Notes: generated by a model from the letters alone, not told the origin. DNA of 64,000 nucleotides from Nanobdellota archaeon (GCA_018830525.1 JAHJSH010000029.1:105697-169696), one strand, 5' to 3'; shown: positions 48,801-58,563, numbered from the stretch's first letter. A program made the numbers and translations.

Positions 48801-50740
48801 AGATTAAGACTGCTCTTGGGAAGAAGATTAAAGTTACTAAAAATCATAAATTTTTTATTGATGGAAAAAAGAAAAGGGCTTCTAATTTGAAAGTTGGAGA
48901 TAAATTACCTCTTCCTAAAAAGATTGATATTAAATCTAGAAATTTAGGGGAGATTAATTTATTAGAAAAATTTAAAGGAGAGAATTTAATGATTAGGGGA
49001 ATTAAGATTATTTTAGAAGATTTAGGGATTGGAGAGCGAGATAGAATTTTGAAAAGATTAAATATTTCTAAAAAACAATTTCAAAATTTCAAAATTAGGG
49101 ATAGTTATCCTATTAATTTTGTATTAAAATTGAATAAAAATTTGAGAGAAAAAATCTATAAGGTTGGAAAAATAGCGACTAAAAGAGATAATGTTGAAGT
49201 GCCAATTGTTATCGAGTTAACTAATGAACTTTTGGAAGTAATTGGATTATATCTTGCTGAGGGTTATTCGAGAAGTGTTAGTGGGGGAAAAGGATTGAAT
49301 CAAGTTTATATTTCTTCAAGTGATTCTGAAATTAGAAAATTTATTAAAAATACTATAAAAGATTCTTTTGGATTATATCCATCTGAAAGAAAAAAAGATA
49401 GGGTTACTTTTTCTTCAAGGAGTTTGTATTTATTTTTTACAAAGATTTTGGAGGCGGGGAGTATTGCTAAAGATAAAAGAATTCCTTATTTATTTTTGAA
49501 TTTAACTTTAGAAAAATTAGCTTGTGTTTTAAGGGGGTATTTTGAAGGAGATGGTTCTGCTGAAAAAGAAAGAAAAAAGATTTGTTGTGATAGTATTAGC
49601 GAAGGATTATTAAGTGATTTGGAATTTTGTTTGAATAGGTTTGGTATTTTTACTAAACGATATGAATATGAGAAAGAGCCCGGACCAAAAGTTAAGGAAT
49701 TTTATATCAAAAAGAAAAGAGTAATCCCTAAATTTAAAATTACTAAATTAATTATTGGTTCTGACTTTATTAATAATTTTATGAAGATTGGTTTTTTATC
49801 TAAAAGAAAAAATGATATTTTAAAAAATTATTTTGCTAAAGGGCATTATGGGATGAGGATCGAACAAGATGAAAATTTTGTTTATGATTCTATTGTTTCT
49901 ATTGAGGAATCCGGGGAAGAAGAAAGTTATTGTTTAAATGTAGATACCGAGAACCATCTTGTCGTTGCGAATAATATTATGAGTTTTAATTGCGATGGTG
50001 ATGAAGCAGCAGTAATGTTGCTTATGGACGTTCTGATTAATTTTTCTAGGAAGTTCTTACCGAGTCATCGTGGTGGGACTCAAGATGCTCCATTAGTTTT
50101 GAACGCTCATATTCGTGCAGGAGAAGTTGACGATCAGATTTTGGGTTTCGAGTTGGGAGACCACTATCCTTTAGAAGTTTATCGGTTAGCGGAGGAGGGA
50201 AAACATTCGAGTGAGTGTAAGATTGAGACTGTTAAGGATAGGTTGGCGAATGATGAAAATCCGTTTACTAAGACCGGGTTTACTCATGATTCTACTGATT
50301 TTAATGAAGGTGTTTTGAATGGGGCTTATAAGATTTTGCCGACGATGAAAGAGAAGGTTGCGGGGCAAATGGAATTGGTTGGGAAGATTCGTGCGGTCGA
50401 TACGGAAGATGTTGCTCGGTTAATTATTGAACGGCATTTTATTCGAGATATTCGAGGTAATCTCCGGAAGTTCGCACAGCAGCAGTTTAGATGTGTGAAA
50501 TGTAATGAGAAATTTAGAAGGACTCCGTTGTCTGGGGTTTGCACAAAATGTGGTGGGAAGATTATTTTTACTATTAGTGAAGGTTCAATTAAAAAATATC
50601 TAGAACCTGCGATGGATTTGGCCGTTAATTATAATATTTCTCCTTATACTAAAGAGGGAATGGAACTGACGAAGATGTATATCGAAAGTATTTTTGGGAA
50701 AGAATTGGATAAACAGGTTGACTTGAAAAAATGGTTCTAG
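45842..50740 (+). CDS. polC: DNA polymerase D large subunit DP2 with intein
   Basis: GPIRSAG, GFRFRYGR, RRD[intein]CDGDE and C-terminal Zn finger. Confidence 0.97.
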   Translation: MVAHKKEKYDWDTEKYFTDLKTGVDKEYVVANAARAKGIDPTDHVEIPLAMTMAEKSVGLVTTIYPDIPIKEISDRMLELEEKYGQLDTTVAFDIAREIAEEKYCKFKDQLEAIDCGIRVGFAYITLGVVASPIEGYTGLQLGKTRDGKDYFIANFSGPIRSAGTTATCVVLMLIDYLREHFGYAKYDPDDTEVKRYVTENIDYHERVTNLQYFPTEEEMIFLAKHLPIQISGDPTEKREVSNYKDLPRVSSNFIRGGMCLTFSEGLAQKAAKGVMRLSSPKKHGLICTGFDWLEEYLVLHKKREKGSGDVIATYIKDLVAGRPVYGHPSAPGGFRFRYGRSRAAGFSAVSIHPATMGITNGFLSQGTQLKIEKPTKGCIITSCDHLDGPIVKLFDGSVKKISDFEESKEIYKDVEEIIYLGDILFPLGDVIDRNAMLPKPGYVEEWWELELKEKMEVTGESFEGNAFDISLEEAVGISEKYSLPLHPSHIFYWNQISKEDFIGLMDWVQKGIWRGRLVLPWESSIRGKFKEAKRALEILGVEHQVVLDNVVVAKDAKSFLVNLGLPFMKEGDNLKGEVKKIIEGELGSDVLEIVNKFSKYKIKDKAGTFIGTRMGRPEKAKLRKLTGGPSVLFPISDQGGRLRSVQAAVEVGYIKSDWPIFKCGCGTETIYPVCEKCGEKTKQMYYCRDCRVAKEEKCKQHEDNCYKFSNRKIDSKHYFKVAQELLGYENWEIPPLIKGVRGTSSDSHDFENLAKGILRSKYNLCVNKDGTIRYDGTEIPLTHFKPHEIRTSIEKLRELGYEKDLYGDDLVNENQILELRPHDVVLSSCSVTADEKADDVFLNIANFVDEELEKLYGLPKYYNLKSKEDLVGQLVTCMAPHNCAGVIGRIIGFSELQGLVASPYMHAAMRRDCFDYNTYISIKQGNVWRNIKIGELIEKLNPEKIVDDYRTMEKKVKGFKTIGFNKGLKEVGVNNFTKHKRLQMLEIKTALGKKIKVTKNHKFFIDGKKKRASNLKVGDKLPLPKKIDIKSRNLGEINLLEKFKGENLMIRGIKIILEDLGIGERDRILKRLNISKKQFQNFKIRDSYPINFVLKLNKNLREKIYKVGKIATKRDNVEVPIVIELTNELLEVIGLYLAEGYSRSVSGGKGLNQVYISSSDSEIRKFIKNTIKDSFGLYPSERKKDRVTFSSRSLYLFFTKILEAGSIAKDKRIPYLFLNLTLEKLACVLRGYFEGDGSAEKERKKICCDSISEGLLSDLEFCLNRFGIFTKRYEYEKEPGPKVKEFYIKKKRVIPKFKITKLIIGSDFINNFMKIGFLSKRKNDILKNYFAKGHYGMRIEQDENFVYDSIVSIEESGEEESYCLNVDTENHLVVANNIMSFNCDGDEAAVMLLMDVLINFSRKFLPSHRGGTQDAPLVLNAHIRAGEVDDQILGFELGDHYPLEVYRLAEEGKHSSECKIETVKDRLANDENPFTKTGFTHDSTDFNEGVLNGAYKILPTMKEKVAGQMELVGKIRAVDTEDVARLIIERHFIRDIRGNLRKFAQQQFRCVKCNEKFRRTPLSGVCTKCGGKIIFTISEGSIKKYLEPAMDLAVNYNISPYTKEGMELTKMYIESIFGKELDKQVDLKKWF
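48581..49990 (+). mobile_element. Intein (470 aa) with LAGLIDADG endonuclease
   Basis: CFDYNT start, TKNH, IGLYLAEG and LRGYFEGDG, ends SFN/C. Confidence 0.93.
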
Positions 50741-50776
50741 GGGAAGATTAATAATTAGAGTTTTATTCTAATAAGG

Positions 50777-51526
50777 ATGGTTGGTGGGGGAGTTAATAGT
50801 TTCCCTGGTAGGGGGGATTATTCTTCAGGTAGGAATTGGATGAAGATTGCCCGGATTATAGGATTTGTCTTTTTTGGGATTTATTCTGTTCTTTTTTTGA
50901 TGGGGATTTTTGGTGCTTCAATTGATGTTGGAAATTGGATATCTATAGTCTTTATTTTCGTGTCACTTCTTTCTTTTTTAGTGTATTATTATGGTTTTGT
51001 TGTATTGGCTAAGAAAGTCGATTCTCATTTGTTGAAGGTTTCTGCGATTATATTGATGGTGGCGATAAGTATATTTCTTGTGTTAATTATTATCGCAATT
51101 ATCTCGAGTTTTAGTCCTCTGAGTACTCTGGCTCCAACGGGTTCAGGAGGATCTGGTTTGGGCGTTCCTGTAGAGGACAATTCTTCTCCGATATTAGGGT
51201 ATGTCTTCTTAGCGTTTTTTGTATTCTTAATTATAACGAGATATCTTTTTGTGATAAGTTTGATTAGAATAAGGAATTCTGCAAGGTTTGCTATGATTGC
51301 GGGAATTATTGGGTTAATTGTTATGATAATTTCTACCTTGGCAATTCTTTGGATAGTTTATATGTATTTCTTTGATAAAATGGGTCTTGCATTGTTTGTA
51401 ATTTCATTATTATTTGATAGAACAAAACAACTTATTTTTCTGTGGTCTATTTATATTATTTATGCTCTTGGTTTGACTGGACTTTTCTTTGAGTCTTTAA
51501 CCTTACTTAAGGCTTCAAGGAAATAA
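50777..51526 (+). CDS. Multi-pass membrane protein
   Basis: About six hydrophobic helices. Confidence 0.7.
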   Translation: MVGGGVNSFPGRGDYSSGRNWMKIARIIGFVFFGIYSVLFLMGIFGASIDVGNWISIVFIFVSLLSFLVYYYGFVVLAKKVDSHLLKVSAIILMVAISIFLVLIIIAIISSFSPLSTLAPTGSGGSGLGVPVEDNSSPILGYVFLAFFVFLIITRYLFVISLIRIRNSARFAMIAGIIGLIVMIISTLAILWIVYMYFFDKMGLALFVISLLFDRTKQLIFLWSIYIIYALGLTGLFFESLTLLKASRK

Positions 51527-51578
51527 GATGAGACTTGATTATGCTTTAATTTAAAAAGGCCCTTTTCTTTTTTATTTT

Positions 51579-52883
51579 ATGTCAGGAATTTTTGGGGTGG
51601 TTTCTAAGGATGATTGTATTCAGGATGCTCTGTCTGGGGTTTTTTATTTACAAAATCGTTCAGAAGATTATTGCGGGCTAGCGTGGAAGACTCCTGATGG
51701 GAAGTTAAAAAATTCTACACATAAAGGATTGGTTAGGGAAAATTTTCCTAGGGAGAAAGTTAATGGGATAAATGGGGGGAGTGCTATTGCTTGTGTTTCT
51801 GGAAGTCGAGAGCCCGTTTCAGAATTGTCTCGGAGGGGGGGGATGATTTTATGTGTTGATGGAAATTTATTCAATTACTCTGAGATAAAAAATAACCTTT
51901 TGGAGGGGGGCGCAAGCTTTTCAGGGTATCATAATCCTGGTGAGATTAGCGACGCTGTTTTAATTTCTAAAATAATTGCAAAAGAGTTTATTTTTGAGAA
52001 AGGCATTAAAAATTTGATTGGACAAATGAAGGGGGATTTTGCTCTGGTTGCGCTTACGCCTGAAGGGATATATGCCGCTCGAGGGTGGGGTAGAAAGCCG
52101 TTGATTTTGGGGAAAAAGGATGGGAGTTATGCGGTATCTTCGGAAAGTGTGTCTTTTATCAACACAGGTTTTGAAATTGTCCGAGATGTCAAGCCGGGGG
52201 AAGTGGTGCTTCTAAACTCTGGAGGAATAAATTTTGTCGCCCAGTTTGATTTACAGAATATTAAATATGGGACTTTTGAGTGGATTTATACTGCGCATCC
52301 TTCTTCGCTTATTGATGGAAAAAGTGTTGAACTTGTTAGAAATAAAATTGGGGCCTTGATGGCAGAAAAATATAAAATTGATGCAGATTTAGTTTCTCCG
52401 ATTCCTAATTCTGGACGGTGTCATGCTACAGGATTTGCTAATGCTTCGGGGATTCCTTATTTTGAAGTCTTTAAAAAATTTGATTATAGTGGAAGAAGTT
52501 TTACTCCGAATACTCTTGAAGCACAAAATGGGGTGGCTGATGAAAAATTAATCCCTGTCAAAGAACTAATCAAAGGCAAAAGGATTATTATAGTGGACGA
52601 TTCAATTGTAAAAGGAAATCAAACTCGAAAACAGACACAGAGATTAAAGGCTCTTGGCGCGAAAGAAGTTCATGCGATTATTGCTTGCCCGCCTTTGGTT
52701 TGTGCTTGTAAATATGGGAAGTCGATTAAAAATGATGAAGATTGTATTGCGAAAAGGATGAGTCTTGAAGAAATTAGAACGACTCGGGGGCTTGATGGTT
52801 TACATTTTGCCGATGTTGAAATTCTTGAGAAGGCAATAGGTTTGCCGAGGGAAAAGTTGTGTTTGGACTGTTGGGGGTTGTAA
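51579..52883 (+). CDS. purF: Amidophosphoribosyltransferase-like protein with degenerate glutaminase site
   Basis: Ntn domain plus PIPNSG, VDDSIVKG and CLDC motifs; starts MSGIFG. Confidence 0.85.
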   Translation: MSGIFGVVSKDDCIQDALSGVFYLQNRSEDYCGLAWKTPDGKLKNSTHKGLVRENFPREKVNGINGGSAIACVSGSREPVSELSRRGGMILCVDGNLFNYSEIKNNLLEGGASFSGYHNPGEISDAVLISKIIAKEFIFEKGIKNLIGQMKGDFALVALTPEGIYAARGWGRKPLILGKKDGSYAVSSESVSFINTGFEIVRDVKPGEVVLLNSGGINFVAQFDLQNIKYGTFEWIYTAHPSSLIDGKSVELVRNKIGALMAEKYKIDADLVSPIPNSGRCHATGFANASGIPYFEVFKKFDYSGRSFTPNTLEAQNGVADEKLIPVKELIKGKRIIIVDDSIVKGNQTRKQTQRLKALGAKEVHAIIACPPLVCACKYGKSIKNDEDCIAKRMSLEEIRTTRGLDGLHFADVEILEKAIGLPREKLCLDCWGL

Positions 52884-53152
52884 CGTCTGCGATTTTGCAA
52901 AGTTGCAATGAAGTAATTCTAAAAGAGCTAAAGATTGCAATTTGGGAGAACAAAAAGAATATTTTGTGAACTGTAAAATCGCCGTTAAGAGAAGTTTTGG
53001 CGAACCGCGGAGCATTAAATAAATTTTAGAAAACACAGATTAAAGATAATAATTATGTGAGCCAAAATTTGGGCGAAACCTTGGAACAAGATTATATCAT
53101 TACTTCAGTGATTATAGGGTACTACTTGGGATGTTATCGTAAATACAGAATT

Positions 53153-53476
53153 TCACTTTAGTTTCACTGCAGTTCCATAAGCTAAAATCTCGGCCGCGCC
53201 TTGCATTACCATTGCGGTTACGAAACGAACATTAAGAATTGCGTCTGCTCCTTGGTCTTTTGCATCATTAATCATTCTATTAAATGCTTCTTCTCGTGAT
53301 TGTGAAATCATCTGGGTGTAAGATTTGATTTCTCCACCAACGAGATTTTTTAATCCTGCTGCGATATCTCTTCCGATATGCCTTGCTCGGATTGTGCTGC
53401 CTTTAACAATTCCTAAAACTTTTGTAATTGTTTTTCCGGGAAGAGTATCTGTTGTTGTTGTAATTATTTCTGCCAT
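53153..53476 (-). CDS. YbjQ/UPF0145 protein
   Basis: GGEIKSY, GADAI and AYGTAV motifs. Confidence 0.92.
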   Translation of the reverse strand: MAEIITTTTDTLPGKTITKVLGIVKGSTIRARHIGRDIAAGLKNLVGGEIKSYTQMISQSREEAFNRMINDAKDQGADAILNVRFVTAMVMQGAAEILAYGTAVKLK

Positions 53477-53477
53477 A

Positions 53478-53666
53478 TTATTTTTTAGTCTTCTTTGTAT
53501 TTATATCCTTTCTTTGTTCTAATTTATCTTCTTCTTTATAGAATAGAATTAATGCTATTCCTATAATTGTTGGGACTAATGCCGGAATCCATTCTCCAGT
53601 TTTCCAATAGATTGCAATTCCAATAATTATTCCGGCGATCCCTACAAAGATAATTTCTCTCCCCAT
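53478..53666 (-). CDS. Small membrane protein
   Basis: Two TM helices and E..LEQRKD tail. Confidence 0.6.
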   Translation of the reverse strand: MGREIIFVGIAGIIIGIAIYWKTGEWIPALVPTIIGIALILFYKEEDKLEQRKDINTKKTKK

Positions 53667-53698
53667 GATTCTCTCAGAGGGTTTTGCTTAATAAATCT

Positions 53699-54886
53699 TT
53701 AGAACGGGAGATAATAAAGGATTGTTGGGATTAGAATCGCTCCCATGAGGAAACTTCTTCGGGTTTGGAATTCTATGCAGGTAAGTCCGAGTGTTGTTGC
53801 GGTAATGAAGACTAAAAATCCTAAAAATCCTGAGAAGAAAATTGTTATTGCAGTCAAAAAAATCAAAATTGTTATTGATATTTTCGCGTAAGGGATTCTG
53901 TGGATATTCTTCGCGAAGAGTTTTGAAATTTGTAAGGTAAGGGGGATTGCGATTATCGATGTGACGGCTATTGTTATTAGGATTGTAAGGAGGTCTGGAA
54001 AACTTAATTGTGTTATTTGGGAGATTGTGGCTGCCGCACCGGTTCTTGATTTTTGGATTAGGAAGAGGGTCACAAACGACATAGACATTACTAAGGTATT
54101 TATTGATCCTAGGAGAATTAGGAATTGTTCTCTGTTTAATTTTCCCATTATCTCAGAGCCTATAACTGCAGCTTGGCTACTTCCAAGTCCTGGGAAGAAT
54201 GAGCAGAAGGGGGAGATAATCGCGGTGGAGATTGTTGGTTTTATCAGTTCTTTTTTTGTTAGTGTTAATTTTTCTATTTTTTGTGGAGGAATTTTTGTTC
54301 TTGTTCTTATTGAATTGATTATCGTTGATGCTCCGAAGAGACCGGTTAATAGGGGGAGAAGGGGCTGTTGAATGTTTAAGTTAAACGAGGCTAACCCAAG
54401 GAAGCCTGCCAAGATAAATATTATTGTTGCCTTTATTCTCGATTCTTTTTCATGAAGGATTAACAGTACTGCAATCCAAATAAGGAAGAGGCCCAACATT
54501 CTTTCTATGAATGGATAAATTTTTGGGATAAATAAAAGGAATGCGGGCACTAGGATAATCAGGGAGAGAATTGCAATTGTAGAACCTATCGTTGTGAGTT
54601 TTACTGCTTGATGTCCGTGGCCTTTTAATAAGAATTCATGCCCGGGGAGAATCCCCAGTCCGGTATCTTCGTCGGGGGCTCCGAGAAATACTGCGGGGAT
54701 GAAATCCACAAAGGTATGTGTAATCGCCATGGCTACAATAAACACTAAAATTATAGTTATGGGAAAGGGTGTCAGAAATATGAAGGTTAAGAGAATCGCT
54801 GCTATGAGGTTGATATGAACTCCAGGGATTAGGCCGGTGATTGTCCCGGCAAGGATTCCTAGAATAAAGGCCAGTATCAATTCCAT
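53699..54886 (-). CDS. TctA/DUF112-family membrane protein
   Basis: TGLIPGVHIN, FLGAPD and LPGH motifs. Confidence 0.85.
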   Translation of the reverse strand: MELILAFILGILAGTITGLIPGVHINLIAAILLTFIFLTPFPITIILVFIVAMAITHTFVDFIPAVFLGAPDEDTGLGILPGHEFLLKGHGHQAVKLTTIGSTIAILSLIILVPAFLLFIPKIYPFIERMLGLFLIWIAVLLILHEKESRIKATIIFILAGFLGLASFNLNIQQPLLPLLTGLFGASTIINSIRTRTKIPPQKIEKLTLTKKELIKPTISTAIISPFCSFFPGLGSSQAAVIGSEIMGKLNREQFLILLGSINTLVMSMSFVTLFLIQKSRTGAAATISQITQLSFPDLLTILITIAVTSIIAIPLTLQISKLFAKNIHRIPYAKISITILIFLTAITIFFSGFLGFLVFITATTLGLTCIEFQTRRSFLMGAILIPTILYYLPF

Positions 54887-54944
54887 TCTATAATATATTT
54901 TAAAGACTCTATATTCTTTTATATTCTTAAAACGACATTTTTAT

Positions 54945-56096
54945 ATGGGTTATAAATCTGATGAGCCGGAGAAGGGTTCTGCGGGATTTGTTCATATTGT
55001 AATTGTTAATTTTATTAGGCTTGTTTTAATTTTGACTCTCCTTTTTGCTTTTTTTAAGGGGAGAAATCTTATCCTTGTAATGGCTTTCCTTGGTCTCGTC
55101 ATGACTTTTATTCCAACTCTCTCTCGGATTTTTTTTCGGAAGGACTTGCCAGCTAGCTTGGAAATTATAACTTTCCTATTTGTTTTTGGCTTACTTTTGT
55201 TTGGAAGTGTTAGGGGGATGTATGCAGGATTTTGGTGGTGGGATGTCCTATTAACTTTTGGTGCGGCAATTGCGTTGGGTTTTATAGGCTTGACTATTTT
55301 TCATATTTTAGATAAATCTGGTTGTGTAAAATCTAGTCCGGCGATTGTTTTGTTCTTTACTTTTTGTTTTGCATTTTCTCTCGGTGCTTTGTGGGAACTT
55401 TTTGAATTTATGATAGATACACTCTTTGGTTTTGGATTACAATTGGGGCTTGTAGATACTATGAAGGATTTGGCAGTCAACTTTCTCGGTGCTTTGATAG
55501 TTTCACTTTCTGGATTTTTGAGATTGCGTTCCGGAAAAAATGATTTTTTCAGTTTATCTCTTTTTAATTTCCTAAATGATAATTTTAATTTTGCTAATCC
55601 TCGAAAGTCTGAGGCCCTTGCCCCAAATTATATTGAAGGAATTGTTATGGAAAAGGAATCGGAGAGGTTAGAGTTTAAGTCTACTCTTCGGAGAAATTTG
55701 CACACGGGAGATTTTGATAAAAATATGGAACATGCGGTTTTGAAAACAATTGTTGCGTATCTTAATTCTCGCGGAGGCTCTTTATTGGTTGGGGTGGGCG
55801 ATGCTGGAGAGGCTATCGGTGTCGAGGAGGACCAATTTCCCTCAAAAGATAAGCTAGAGTTATATTTCGCATCTATGTTGAAGAATCAGTTGGGCAATGG
55901 CGCTTTGCCTTATATTCGTTATGAGGTTTATCCGTACAAGGGAAAATCTGTTTTGAAAATTGATTGCCTTCCCTCAGACAAAAGAATTTTTTTGAAGTGG
56001 GCGGACCAAGAGGAATTTTATATTAGGCATGGGCCTTCTAGTTTAAGACTTTCGGGTGGAGATTTGATTGATTATGTCCAACATCGATTTGGTTAA
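54945..56096 (+). CDS. Membrane domain fused to a Schlafen/AlbA_2 domain
   Basis: WWWD, WELFEF..D and DTM.DL membrane motifs; ES..LEFKS, AYLNS.GG.L.VGV.D. Confidence 0.8.
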   Translation: MGYKSDEPEKGSAGFVHIVIVNFIRLVLILTLLFAFFKGRNLILVMAFLGLVMTFIPTLSRIFFRKDLPASLEIITFLFVFGLLLFGSVRGMYAGFWWWDVLLTFGAAIALGFIGLTIFHILDKSGCVKSSPAIVLFFTFCFAFSLGALWELFEFMIDTLFGFGLQLGLVDTMKDLAVNFLGALIVSLSGFLRLRSGKNDFFSLSLFNFLNDNFNFANPRKSEALAPNYIEGIVMEKESERLEFKSTLRRNLHTGDFDKNMEHAVLKTIVAYLNSRGGSLLVGVGDAGEAIGVEEDQFPSKDKLELYFASMLKNQLGNGALPYIRYEVYPYKGKSVLKIDCLPSDKRIFLKWADQEEFYIRHGPSSLRLSGGDLIDYVQHRFG

Positions 56097-56371
56097 ACTT
56101 TCCTTATTTCATCTACGATGAGTTGTTTTTCTCCCCGGTATGTTTCAATCTTTCCTCGAAAAGAAATTTCATCCCCCGGTTTCAAATCAAGAGGGGAGGG
56201 ATTGAAGAGAATTAATGTTTCATCTTGATTTTCTAATTGAATTGTTATTCTATTTTCTGAATATTTTATTGATTCTATTGTGCCGGTTTGGTTATTTGGG
56301 AGTTGGGTTAAAAACATTAATAATAGGATTCCTAGGAGTGAAAGAATAAGGAATATTTTTTCTAGTTTCAT
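56093..56371 (-). CDS. Membrane-anchored OB-fold protein
   Basis: N-terminal TM; GD.I.F.G.I..Y.G..QL..D pattern. Confidence 0.65.
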   Translation of the reverse strand: MKLEKIFLILSLLGILLLMFLTQLPNNQTGTIESIKYSENRITIQLENQDETLILFNPSPLDLKPGDEISFRGKIETYRGEKQLIVDEIRKV

Positions 56372-56468
56372 TACCTAAGACACTCCCAGTTTCCTGAGGC
56401 ATCAACTTCCCTTGCACCGATAGGTGTACCTTTTTTATTGGGGCAAGATAGTCCACTACGCTTGGTAT

Positions 56469-57419
56469 TCATTTTGTTTGAAATTCTATTACATCCTTAT
56501 CTTTTAGAACATGTTCGAGTCCGATTACTTGTCCGCCGAATTTTGAAGAAGGGCCCCAGACCCTCGCTCGTTTTATTTTCTTTGATATTCCCTTCAATAT
56601 TTTTTCTGCTGCTTCTTCGAATGTCGAGCCTACTTTCATAATCATGGGCTCTTTACTTGGTTCCTTTTTTGGCTCTTTGGTATAGATACGAATTACTGGA
56701 AATGTTCCGAATATTTTTTCCTTTAGTTTTTCGAGTTCTAATCTCTCTGGATTTTTTATATCTATTATTTGGTAATCATATTTTTTAAATTTTGATTTTA
56801 GATTTGCCTCAATTTTTCTTTTGTTACCCTCACTGATTTGTAAATTTGATTGGTTAGGGCATGCTACGTAATCTTCAATCTTATTTATAATGAGAATTAT
56901 TTTTGCTGGCGCTCGATAAATATATTTTTCTGATTCTTTGATTTGTTCCAAACAGTCTATAATGAGAAGGATTGTGTCTGTTGAATTCAGAAGAGATTTA
57001 TCATGATTCGGAAAGGAAGGAGTGTCTATAATTTGTATTTGTGCCTCTTCAAATTTAAATGTCCCTAATTGGGGTTGGAAGGTGGTGAATGGGTGGGGAG
57101 AAACTTTAGCATTAAGTCCGGTTAGGGTGTTAAATAGGGTAGACTTCCCGGAATTTGGAAATCCGGTTAAAACAACTTGCATGTCTGCCTTTTTTATTCC
57201 TGCTTGTCCCCCCTTTCCAGATTTTTTCCTCTTTGCTAGACCTTCTTTTAATTTTTTATAACGATTTGTCAGATTTTTTCGCATATTCTCTGAAGATTTA
57301 TGTTTTGGGACTTCTTTCATCATTATTTCTAAACAGGCTATTCTCTCTTCATCCGTTGTTGCTTCGTGGTATTCTTGCTCGGCTCTTTGATAAAATGGGG
57401 ATTGGTTTGTCGACGCCAT
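56469..57419 (-). CDS. DRG/OBG-family GTPase with TGS domain
   Basis: PKHK, GFPNSGKST, PFTT, DTP and IYTKEP..WG.S.KF.GQ motifs. Confidence 0.9.
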   Translation of the reverse strand: MASTNQSPFYQRAEQEYHEATTDEERIACLEIMMKEVPKHKSSENMRKNLTNRYKKLKEGLAKRKKSGKGGQAGIKKADMQVVLTGFPNSGKSTLFNTLTGLNAKVSPHPFTTFQPQLGTFKFEEAQIQIIDTPSFPNHDKSLLNSTDTILLIIDCLEQIKESEKYIYRAPAKIILIINKIEDYVACPNQSNLQISEGNKRKIEANLKSKFKKYDYQIIDIKNPERLELEKLKEKIFGTFPVIRIYTKEPKKEPSKEPMIMKVGSTFEEAAEKILKGISKKIKRARVWGPSSKFGGQVIGLEHVLKDKDVIEFQTK

Positions 57420-57443
57420 AAGATTATTAAAGTAGGATAGTAT

Positions 57444-57803
57444 ATGAATTTTATGGAAAAAGGGTTTGTATTGTCGTTAGTGTTTCTTTTGTTAATTGGG
57501 TTTGTTAGTGGTGAGGGTGCTTGGGGGGAATATGCGGATGGAGGTAGCGCGGAAGATGCAGCTGTTCTTGTAAATACCTCTGCAGGAGATACTGGTTCAA
57601 CGGATTCGGGAGATGCTGACCCCGAAGCTAATATAGATTCAGATACTTCCACAGGAGGGGCAACCTCTAATTCTGAAAAATCTACAGTATATACTCAGAA
57701 TTTTTGGCTCGCGTTGGGGGCAGGGGTAGTTGCGTTGCTTTTATTTTTAATTCTCTTATTCTTCCTTTTGAGGCGGCCGACAAATCGGTGGAAGAAGAAA
57801 TAA
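57444..57803 (+). CDS. Small secreted membrane-anchored protein
   Basis: Signal peptide, acidic S/T-rich linker, C-terminal TM. Confidence 0.7.
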   Translation: MNFMEKGFVLSLVFLLLIGFVSGEGAWGEYADGGSAEDAAVLVNTSAGDTGSTDSGDADPEANIDSDTSTGGATSNSEKSTVYTQNFWLALGAGVVALLLFLILLFFLLRRPTNRWKKK

Positions 57804-57876
57804 TTCTCAGCTTAGGGTACTCTAAATTGTAGGGTCTTAGGGCAAGGCTCTTAAAGTGATTTTTTCTTTGAGATTT

Positions 57877-58563
57877 ATGAAAGTGGGAGTTTTATTCTCT
57901 GGGGGGAAGGATTCGTGTTTAGCTTTGCATAAAGTTTTGCAAGAGGGTCATGAAGTGAAATATCTTTTGAATATTTATCCTAAGAATCAAGATAGTTTTA
58001 TGTTTCATAAACAGGATTTGGGATTGTTAAATGTTCAGGCTAAGCGTCTTGGGATTAAGATAGTTTCAGTAAAAAGTGAAGGTATTGAAGGAAAAGAGTT
58101 GAAAGACTTGAGGAAGTTGATTGGAGAAATTAAAGGAAATGTTGAAGGGATTGTAGTTGGGGGGATTGCTTCATCTTATCAAGGGAAAAGGGTGAAGAAA
58201 ATTTGTGATGATTTGAATTTGAAATTTGTTGCTCCTCTTTGGGATTATGAGCCTGAGAAACTTTGGGAGGAGTTATTTGTTGAGGGCTTTGAAGTTATTA
58301 TGATTAAGATTGCGTGTGAGGGAATTGATGGGAGTTGGCTTGGTCGGGTGATTAATCGTGAGAATTTTGAAGAATTGAAAAAATTAACTAAAAAATATAA
58401 ATTTAGGTTGGATTTTGAGGGTGGCGAGGCTGAGACAACAATTTTAATGATGCCAGAGTATAGTGAGAGAATAGAGATTGATTTTGATGTTGAGAATGAG
58501 GGAGAATATAGACATTTGATGAAGAATATTAAAGTAAAAAAATTAAAATTTACGAATGGATAA
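57877..58563 (+). CDS. dph6: Diphthine--ammonia ligase family protein
   Basis: LFSGGKDS, SFMFH and EGGEAET motifs. Confidence 0.88.
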   Translation: MKVGVLFSGGKDSCLALHKVLQEGHEVKYLLNIYPKNQDSFMFHKQDLGLLNVQAKRLGIKIVSVKSEGIEGKELKDLRKLIGEIKGNVEGIVVGGIASSYQGKRVKKICDDLNLKFVAPLWDYEPEKLWEELFVEGFEVIMIKIACEGIDGSWLGRVINRENFEELKKLTKKYKFRLDFEGGEAETTILMMPEYSERIEIDFDVENEGEYRHLMKNIKVKKLKFTNG

